Virus record (IMG/VR): IMGVR_UViG_3300017989_000062 | Span: 21,483-85,482 of that record | DNA length: 64,000 nt | Origin: a virus | Lineage: Duplodnaviria > Heunggongvirae > Uroviricota > Caudoviricetes | Reading direction: 5' to 3' (one strand) | Shown: positions 58,301-64,000 of the stretch, in pieces | How positions within the stretch are numbered: position 1 is the first letter of the stretch | How the letters are laid out: every line of letters starts with the position of its first letter | Notes under the pieces: model-generated | Seen by the model: the letters and a program-made list of their open reading frames with translations, nothing else | Database searches by the model: none | What the model was told of the DNA's origin: nothing | Translations under genes and position numbers: made by a program

Positions 58301-59465
58301 TGGCCAAAAAATAGAAAGAGGAAATCCGATTCTTAGAAAGACCATGGGTGAGTTGGAGGAATTGCTCGGAATAGATGAAGATGAAGAGAGTATAGATTAT
58401 GCTGGTGGACAGATGATTAAGAAGAGTCCAGGTGGCACAATTGTTGATATTGAAGTTTTTTCAAATGTAGCTGACGATAAATTTCCAGAACTTACAAAAC
58501 TAATTCGTAGAACAAGAAAATTTCATGGGTTAACTGCGAAAGATAAGATTACTGTTCGAGGAACTCCAATAAAAGGGGTGTTAGTTAGATTTAAAATTGA
58601 ACAAGAAATGCGCATTGGTGTTGGGGATAAGTTAACAAATCGTTATGGTGCGAAAGGAACTATCGGACTGATTGAGAAGGACGAGTTGATGCCCAGAACC
58701 CCTTGGGGTGAGAGAATAGAGTATATTATGAATCCAATAGGAATTATTGGACGTATGAATGTTGGGCAACTTTTAGAGTTATATACAGGTTTGATTTCAA
58801 GAGATTTAGCTTCACGAGCTTTACAAATGAAAACTAAAGCTCAAGTATTAACTTTGTTAAGACAAGTATACCCAAAACTAGACGGAAGTAATAAACAGGA
58901 ATTTAGCGGCGAATTTTTAAAGAATTTTGCTAAATTGTCTGACACAAAATTTAAAATGTTTATGAAGCAAATTCAAAACACTAACTTTGTACCAGTAATT
59001 ATTCCACCATTTAAAGCTCCAACTCATCAAAGTATTCATCAAGTGTTAAAACTCTTGAAGTTGAAAACTGGATATTATTTAAACCTTCCAGAATATAATA
59101 CTAAAACCAAAAAACCAGTTCCGGTTGGTTATATGTATATGAATAAATTGGAACATATCAGTGAAGAAAAAACACATTCAAGATCAACTGGACCAGTTAC
59201 AGGAAAAACAAAACAACCAACGTCTGGTAAAAGAAGAGAAGGTGGACAAAGACTTGGTGAAATGGATACATATGCTTTTATATCATATAATTGTACTACA
59301 TTGCTGTCTGAATTAATGGGTCCGTTATCAGATGATCATGTGACAAAAAATGAAATTATTTCAGATATTGTACAGAAGGGTAAGGCTGAGTTTAGAGTTC
59401 CGAAAACATCACCCGCAAGAGATTTGCTCTCAAGTTATATGACGGCATTGTGCTTGACAAGATAA
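55365..59465 (+). CDS. rpoB: multisubunit RNA polymerase beta subunit with N-terminal extension (phage)
   Basis: DTPEGGNIG, GYNFEDS, GDKLTNRYGAKG, KLEH...HSRSTG, GGQRLGEMD. Confidence 0.97.
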   Translation: MVIFKSLRQYTHLVNGIRFPQKNTNPFLLVYFSENSLLIDDYPKLGIKSIDARYVVSPITKVPRTWLAPDTKKLFKTYGLYAYTDRQKMPTGQNLFYDMTKYLRAVETTYKVTNYRQRAGFLIMNLLREAFDKYPSHYQKILMYSVNASKDLSALLNRKIFPLLKQIKDGDLMFDHMVLSIVGETGTKHRLLIKDRVYQFTRIYQILKSIKLDQADEDIVEDTQAAAVEIIQKIESDIKPSNKAAIKGAIEDFLVQSSSSLEKLTSKAASTEDMKRIAMAAILSKTNGDIPKSIGLVQSIPVKNIQKAIRAIDKNYADEMLEPIKPVSSTDDILVEAANTPKAVDNKTPEHIFQKRQVDFQKNLRKDLESSFKVLEKKDQPLFVKKVEIVPKKQPKGELNKSDLEIAKITLQDKNGNSHVVQIDIPKIDPNTGTFRVYGKKKCLINQVILCPITFPAPYESRFEGSYSKFRIHSKRTVRLKYLEGYIGSYKLPLSVVLFYSFGFEQILKDYKLKYEYTEDKPKKTDKFIYKINDKKYIRFLNVDTELKDEFCESVGKIGLVKYADTIKFEFGTKEYFDALIKEMTGRVNSTWLLNNMLENIVDPVAKQVLINKQLPHELKDIMYYMASKVVEGFSQARNDLSNQRVRGSETIVHLVHKQLQAAHTDYREQKLAGNDKAEFKMNQSKVMMDFNQLEIVQDMEYSNPIEEMATMTRISPVGKTVGGIPDKQAIQTQARSVHNSYFGNVDPLDTPEGGNIGIVQHLTVNAFVTSARGLILQKEISDKEGSGVLSTTTCLTPFVENNDGARVIMLSAQQQQCVPLKNPEPPVVQSGYESLLTNVLSENFVKKASCNGKVIEVTPDQITIQCTKGGKQTIPTIPVHLRSGSGKDTLSVFQHKVKVGQSTKSNQIISEGSCVSNGSIALGRTLLTAVMPYKGYNFEDSVVISDKLAKEDTLTSLHGIFEEVIISDKDRLLFICEIGQKIERGNPILRKTMGELEELLGIDEDEESIDYAGGQMIKKSPGGTIVDIEVFSNVADDKFPELTKLIRRTRKFHGLTAKDKITVRGTPIKGVLVRFKIEQEMRIGVGDKLTNRYGAKGTIGLIEKDELMPRTPWGERIEYIMNPIGIIGRMNVGQLLELYTGLISRDLASRALQMKTKAQVLTLLRQVYPKLDGSNKQEFSGEFLKNFAKLSDTKFKMFMKQIQNTNFVPVIIPPFKAPTHQSIHQVLKLLKLKTGYYLNLPEYNTKTKKPVPVGYMYMNKLEHISEEKTHSRSTGPVTGKTKQPTSGKRREGGQRLGEMDTYAFISYNCTTLLSELMGPLSDDHVTKNEIISDIVQKGKAEFRVPKTSPARDLLSSYMTALCLTR

Positions 59466-59474
59466 GGAGTTAAC

Positions 59475-60056
59475 ATGTCTGAAGAAGGATTAAAAGCTTT
59501 ACTAGGAACTGTTGAAGAAGAAGAAAGTGAAGAATATTACGATGAATATCCAGAAGAGATAGCTTTTAAACGGTATGATTTTATTGAACTTTTAAACGCA
59601 GTAGGTACGCCAGATTTTAAATCAATGTATCAAAATATTTTAAATACTGATTTTTCAGTATTAGATAGACGGATCTTGGCTAGAGAAATAGTAGATAGAA
59701 TTGAAGAAGTATATGATATTGTTCTCTACTTACCAGAAGAGCCAGATCCGCAAGAAGTTGCTTCAATATTCAAGTTTATCAAATTCATCGAGTTTGATTA
59801 TATTGATTTTATAGCTGATATCTGGAAGTTTATGAATGTTGATTTAAGAACTGATATACGAGATTTTTGTATATCTAATTCAGATAGAATCATATCTGTT
59901 ATTGATGAACAGATTGAAACTCACTTTTTACCTCAGATAATTTCAGAATTTTTAAGAACATATAATAAAGACGACATGATTAGTTTGTTTATAAACCTTA
60001 CTGAGAAATCAAGAATGCTAATCGAAGCGAAAATTAGAGAGGGGGAATTAAAGTAA
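59475..60056 (+). CDS. acidic hypothetical protein
   Basis: AAGGAG RBS; follows RNAP beta. Confidence 0.7.
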   Translation: MSEEGLKALLGTVEEEESEEYYDEYPEEIAFKRYDFIELLNAVGTPDFKSMYQNILNTDFSVLDRRILAREIVDRIEEVYDIVLYLPEEPDPQEVASIFKFIKFIEFDYIDFIADIWKFMNVDLRTDIRDFCISNSDRIISVIDEQIETHFLPQIISEFLRTYNKDDMISLFINLTEKSRMLIEAKIREGELK

Positions 60057-60373
60057 TGACAGATCTTTCCGCAACGAAAACTAAGAAGGGTAGTCCAATA
60101 CCAGAACCTAACAAAGAAAAATTAACAACAATTGTAATTAAAAAACAAACGATCAATCTAACAATTATGCGCTCAGATTTGATTGAAGTTAAAGAGACAG
60201 GGGATGGGGTTGTATTCAATTTGCAAGGCAATCTTCATATGACTTTGACTGATCCAAGAATGCCTCTTGAAGTTAAGAGAGCAATTTCTGTCGCAGTTAA
60301 TACATTTAAAGCAGCAAATATAGTTGTTGACTTAATGAACTACGTTCAACCAGTTACAGTGGTTGCTGACTAA
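60056..60373 (+). CDS. hypothetical protein
   Basis: TAATG overlap. Confidence 0.65.
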   Translation: MTDLSATKTKKGSPIPEPNKEKLTTIVIKKQTINLTIMRSDLIEVKETGDGVVFNLQGNLHMTLTDPRMPLEVKRAISVAVNTFKAANIVVDLMNYVQPVTVVAD

Positions 60374-60394
60374 ATTTATGTTTAGTAAAGAAGA

Positions 60395-60416
60395 CTATAT
60401 ATATTATTTACTAAGA
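60395..60416 (+). promoter_or_regulatory. class-1 candidate phage promoter
   Basis: CTATATATATTATTTACTAAGA, identical to 21814-21835. Confidence 0.75.
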
Positions 60417-60437
60417 TAAAGATAGTTGTAAATTTAT

Positions 60438-60481
60438 ACTCAATAAAAACTCAATTAAGACTCAGTTAACACTCAATTTTT
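60438..60481 (+). repeat. four tandem 11-bp imperfect direct repeats (ACTCARTWWWN)
   Basis: ACTCAATAAAA ACTCAATTAAG ACTCAGTTAAC ACTCAATTTTT. Confidence 0.85.
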
Positions 60482-60563
60482 TCTTCATCGGAAAAGAGTG
60501 TTTATCTTTTCCTTTGTTGAAACACCAAAAATTGAGATATAACTATCCTTTGTCGATATTATA

Positions 60564-60653
60564 CCAACTCATGATTTATAGTATCAAGAATTATGTTAGC
60601 AGAAGCACTGAAAAATGTGCGCTAACAATCTTGTACTATAAATCATGAGTTGG
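60564..60653. repeat. long inverted repeat with a perfect 20-bp stem
   Basis: CCAACTCATGATTTATAGTA (60564-60583) / TACTATAAATCATGAGTTGG (60634-60653), extended inward by CAAGA..TGTTAGC / GCTAACA..TCTTG. Confidence 0.9.
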
Positions 60654-60710
60654 AAAAAGGCAACCCCGTTTTTGTTTTGTTTGTTGAAAATTTATGAGAG
60701 GAGCGGATGT

Positions 60711-61289
60711 ATGAAATTAACGAGTGTTGAATTGTTTATTGAAAGACTGGAATGTGATGTTTACCCAGTAACAATTATGAAGTTCTTATTAAACAAGAGA
60801 CGAATATTGTCTTACTTCTCCAAAGTTGAAAACCCGACATTTAAAGCAGGAGGAACCAAGTATAAGATAAATGCTGAAGGTTGTAAAGTATGTGCAGACA
60901 AGAGCGGAAAATTTAAACACTGTCGTCAACACACTTCAATAGACAGAATCATGAATGCTGATCGGGTAGCTTTTGATCAAGATACACAAACTTACTTGTA
61001 TAAGAATGAGATCTTCCGAAACGTGGATGGACGACTTGTTATATTCTATTGTCCACATCCAAAACTAATCAATGGGAAGCATACAAATTCTAAAGTCAGG
61101 CGAGTTCATATCACTACGATCGATGATCCTGAATTTACCGGGTTGCCCGAGTATAAGACAGTTTTTAAATTTGCTTCAAGTGAGTTGATGCAAGAACACA
61201 TGAAGTGTTGGTTTAACGAAGAATTTTCAATTGTAACATTACCAGAAAGTAACAGTTATTGCAACTGGTGTTTGATACCAAATAGATAG
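60711..61289 (+). CDS. hypothetical Cys-containing protein
   Basis: GAGGAG RBS before ATG 60711. Confidence 0.65.
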   Translation: MKLTSVELFIERLECDVYPVTIMKFLLNKRRILSYFSKVENPTFKAGGTKYKINAEGCKVCADKSGKFKHCRQHTSIDRIMNADRVAFDQDTQTYLYKNEIFRNVDGRLVIFYCPHPKLINGKHTNSKVRRVHITTIDDPEFTGLPEYKTVFKFASSELMQEHMKCWFNEEFSIVTLPESNSYCNWCLIPNR

Positions 61290-61301
61290 GAGGAAGTAAC
61301 T

Positions 61302-62231
61302 ATGAGTTATGAAGAGTATGAAGGGTTGTATGCAACAGGTCACGAAAGCAAGGAACCGGTAAAGCCAGAAGATGAATTTTTCCACAGTGTTTATATTGCT
61401 GGAGTTGAAAGAGAAAATCATCTGAAGATCAAAGAGCAAATCGGAAAGTTGCAAGTTCGTGGAGTTGAGTACAATAAAGACAAAGTGTGTATGATTATTA
61501 CACACACAAAACAAGTGTTGTCCAAATCCTCAAGAACTAATAATAAAGAAACACTTGAGTGTTTTTCATATCAAGAGGGTGGACCACCTTGGAAGAGTAC
61601 GACAGGTCGTACATGTGGCGTGAACTCTGCAGAAAGAGCAGCCGTAGAATTTTGCAACACATGTAGAGCACAACTGATTGTGGGCGGCATTCTATGTGAT
61701 GAAGGTGGTAAACCTCATCTTTCAGAAGAGAACAAACCCACATTCATCTTTTTAAGAGGCAAGGGGATGAAGTATTCAGGTGTTGCTGACTATTTGAATG
61801 AAATGAGTAAGTTGGAACTTGACCCAGTTTTCGAACCTCCCACGGAGGAAAGTAAGAAGTTTGAAAAAGCTGTTGTGAATAACAAACGTCATGTGACATG
61901 TGTGACCGTTGGACAAGCGAGTTCCCAATATGGAATGAAGAATGTCTTTACGTTAACAAGAGGTGCTGCAATACCAAAGAAAAATGTGTTGGAAATATTG
62001 AAGATTGCAAAGCAAACAATTGAAAAATTTAATGAAAAAATGGATTGGTCGAAGGGTGCTGCAGGCTCAGGTTCTGGTTATGGTCAAGCTGCAGCGCCAG
62101 AAGGAACACAAATACCGGAGAATAGTACTCCCACCGAAACAGCAAATACCGGAGGAGAACAAGCGAAACCAGAAGAATCACAACCACAGCCATCCGAGGC
62201 TCCTTTTTCTTTTGAGGATTTGAGCTTCTAG
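61302..62231 (+). CDS. putative ssDNA-binding/annealing protein
   Basis: Beta-rich core, flexible linker, acidic-aromatic tail PFSFEDLSF. Confidence 0.45.
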   Translation: MSYEEYEGLYATGHESKEPVKPEDEFFHSVYIAGVERENHLKIKEQIGKLQVRGVEYNKDKVCMIITHTKQVLSKSSRTNNKETLECFSYQEGGPPWKSTTGRTCGVNSAERAAVEFCNTCRAQLIVGGILCDEGGKPHLSEENKPTFIFLRGKGMKYSGVADYLNEMSKLELDPVFEPPTEESKKFEKAVVNNKRHVTCVTVGQASSQYGMKNVFTLTRGAAIPKKNVLEILKIAKQTIEKFNEKMDWSKGAAGSGSGYGQAAAPEGTQIPENSTPTETANTGGEQAKPEESQPQPSEAPFSFEDLSF

Positions 62232-62250
62232 GCATATTCACCTCCTTGAA

Positions 62251-62273
62251 GTGGGGGACTATATGTCCCCCAC
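62251..62273 (+). terminator. GC-rich hairpin (terminator-like)
   Basis: GTGGGGGAC-TATAT-GTCCCCCAC, but without a clear T-run. Confidence 0.5.
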
Positions 62274-62320
62274 TGCTTAAATATAAATACGGGAATATTG
62301 AATTACTAGGGGAGATTTAT

Positions 62321-62686
62321 ATGAAATGTCCTTGTGATGATTGTATAGTTACAGTTCCATGTCGGGAAATGTGTGAAAAATCGAAACCTTATTTTGAAAG
62401 TTTAGTCATAGAGGACAAAAACTTTGATTGGAGTGCTTATGAGGAGCATAGACAACAAATACACCAACGTCTTGTGAATGAGCTTGTTAAAGAAGGTAAT
62501 ATAGAAAAAGCTAGACAACTTGCGAGTTTGAATTATTTAGATATGCCTCAGAGCACCTTAAAGGAATTAAAGGAGATTGAAGATGCCGCAAAAACAAGAG
62601 GAAGAAGTACAGGAACAAAAATATTTCGAAAGATTAAACATTTCTGTACTAAGTATTTCGAGAATCAAAAGTCTGATCAAGGGTGA
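62321..62686 (+). CDS. small protein with N-terminal Cys cluster
   Basis: MKCPCDDCIVTVPCREMC; GGGAG RBS. Confidence 0.6.
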   Translation: MKCPCDDCIVTVPCREMCEKSKPYFESLVIEDKNFDWSAYEEHRQQIHQRLVNELVKEGNIEKARQLASLNYLDMPQSTLKELKEIEDAAKTRGRSTGTKIFRKIKHFCTKYFENQKSDQG

Positions 62687-63812
62687 CATAAAAGGAACCC
62701 TAAATGCATGGCAAAAAGGAAGAAATGTTCAGAAACAATGTTTTCATATCATTGGACCCGCTGGGGTTGGAAAAACAGATATTGCTAAACAAATTGCAAG
62801 AGAGTTGACAGAAGAACTCCAAGTCCCGTTTGATATGATTATGGTAAAGGCTCCTGTTCTTTCAAGAGATGATTTTATCATTCCGTTCCCTATTGTTGAT
62901 AATGGGAATACATCATTTAAGATGTTATATTCTGACTTTGTCCCAAAAGGTAAGGAGAGTTATGGTTTATTTGTAATTGATGAATGTTCTCGCGGGGACC
63001 ATGCACTACAACAACTTCTCTGGCAAGTTCAGAATGAATACAAAGTTCATTTACAGGAATTTCCAAAAAATTGGTTTGTGGTTACTATTGACAACCCAGA
63101 TGATTCAGAATATCAAATGGACACAATGGAAGATGCGGCTGGACTGAGAAGGCAGTTGCACATTTATGTTGAAGTTAATGCTCCAGATTTTCTACATTAT
63201 GCAATTGAACAAAAGTTTCACCCAGTCATTATTGAGTTCATTCAAACTCATCCCGACTTTCTTTATGACTGGGATGCACAAAAACTTGGAGCTGTTTATG
63301 CAAATCCAGCAAGCTATGAAAAGTTATCGGATCAACTATGGAAGTTTGAGTTAAACGGGAAAATTGAAGCTCACTTTCCAGAAATTGAATCTCTTTCGTC
63401 TGGGTTGCTCAATGTCTCAATGACAAGTAATTTTATGTCATTTCTAAAAGAAGGTAAGGGGATTAACCCAAAGGATATCTTCTTTGATTATGCTAAGGTA
63501 CGACCAAAAATCTTGGCATTTAAACAAGAGAACGACAATGCGTCCCTTGGTGAGGTAATGATGTCCTTTTTGACTTACATGACTACGTCTCGACCGGAAT
63601 ATGAGCAGAAAGAAAAGCAAAACGTAGCTCAATTTCTGGTTGATTTACCCATCGATACTGCTGCGATCTATGTTACAGATATTGATAGTTTGGATCGCAA
63701 GACACCCGAGTTCAAGTACGTTACCAGGCTACACTCAGCAATGCTAAAAATTCCTGAGTATAAAATTATGTTTTACGAGGCAATTGTGAAAGTTGGCCGG
63801 GAAAACGAATAA
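62577..63812 (+). CDS. MoxR-like AAA+ ATPase
   Basis: GPAGVGKT, FVIDECSRG, NPDD...DAAGLRR. Confidence 0.85.
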   Translation: MKMPQKQEEEVQEQKYFERLNISVLSISRIKSLIKGDIKGTLNAWQKGRNVQKQCFHIIGPAGVGKTDIAKQIARELTEELQVPFDMIMVKAPVLSRDDFIIPFPIVDNGNTSFKMLYSDFVPKGKESYGLFVIDECSRGDHALQQLLWQVQNEYKVHLQEFPKNWFVVTIDNPDDSEYQMDTMEDAAGLRRQLHIYVEVNAPDFLHYAIEQKFHPVIIEFIQTHPDFLYDWDAQKLGAVYANPASYEKLSDQLWKFELNGKIEAHFPEIESLSSGLLNVSMTSNFMSFLKEGKGINPKDIFFDYAKVRPKILAFKQENDNASLGEVMMSFLTYMTTSRPEYEQKEKQNVAQFLVDLPIDTAAIYVTDIDSLDRKTPEFKYVTRLHSAMLKIPEYKIMFYEAIVKVGRENE

Positions 63813-63827
63813 TGAGGGAGAGTGATG

Positions 63828-64000
63828 ATGGATCAAAATGAACGACTTAAAAAACTGATAGCAAAAATGGCCTTGGGTCATAGCTATTGGGGTTATTTGT
63901 TTAGTAGGGTCCGTCGAATTGCTTCAGAAAACATTCCTTCAGTAATGGGTGTTGGTCCGGAGAGGGATGGAACTATAACACTTCTTTTTCATCCAGGTAT
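63828..64000 (+). CDS. 3'-truncated putative DUF2201-type (metallopeptidase/VWA) MoxR partner
   Basis: MDQNERLKKLIAKMALGHSYWGYLFSRVRR...MGVG...LLFHP; directly after the MoxR-like ATPase. Confidence 0.5.
   Translation, partial: MDQNERLKKLIAKMALGHSYWGYLFSRVRRIASENIPSVMGVGPERDGTITLLFHPG

Noticed and set aside
62282-62289. T4 late promoter TATAAATA
   Set aside because: Single intergenic instance noticed in very AT-rich DNA, and no gp55-like gene recognised
1-64000. Genome-wide stop-codon reassignment (as in some jumbo phages)
   Set aside because: TAA, TAG and TGA all end genes at tight junctions (e.g. GTGA overlap at 5508-5511), and long genes are intact in code 11; the only internal TGA seen is in the PAAR-like gene
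1-64000. tRNA, rRNA or CRISPR array
   Set aside because: No cloverleaf or TTCGA arm context and no repeat-spacer periodicity seen by eye; a tRNAscan/CRISPR scan was not run

Overview
This window is part of an AT-rich jumbo-phage (tailed dsDNA virus) genome read in the standard genetic code. The host is probably Gram-negative, judging by an outer-membrane beta-barrel gene. Left arm (1-21.7 kb, mostly minus strand): a ~15 kb glycan-synthesis region with about 6 glycosyltransferases, an NAD-dependent epimerase, a UDP-sulfoquinovose synthase (SqdB), a sulfotransferase and 2 methyltransferases. It is interrupted by a LigD-like primase-polymerase and a GC-richer plus-strand island. A Nudix hydrolase, hypothetical genes and a winged-helix protein beside a palindrome-rich intergenic region follow. 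Right arm (21.8-64 kb, plus strand): T4-like replication and recombination genes (Dda/RecD-like helicase, clamp loader, primase, sliding clamp, 5'-3' exonuclease, UvsX/RecA, RuvC-like resolvase), a class II ribonucleotide reductase, and myovirus structural genes (neck gp13-like, gp53-like, gp5-like, a disrupted PAAR-like gene) plus an amidase. It also holds the phage's own multisubunit RNA polymerase (unsplit beta' followed by beta with a long N-terminal extension), preceded by a candidate sigma-like subunit. Four free-standing homing-endonuclease-like genes form two paralog pairs across the window. Non-coding signals read from the sequence include a repeated intergenic motif CTATATATATTA (candidate phage promoter), a second motif GAACAAAW..., several long structured RNA/DNA elements, and an inverted repeat flanking the beta-barrel gene. 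I saw no tRNA, rRNA or CRISPR array. All functional calls come from motif recognition by eye; no database search was run.
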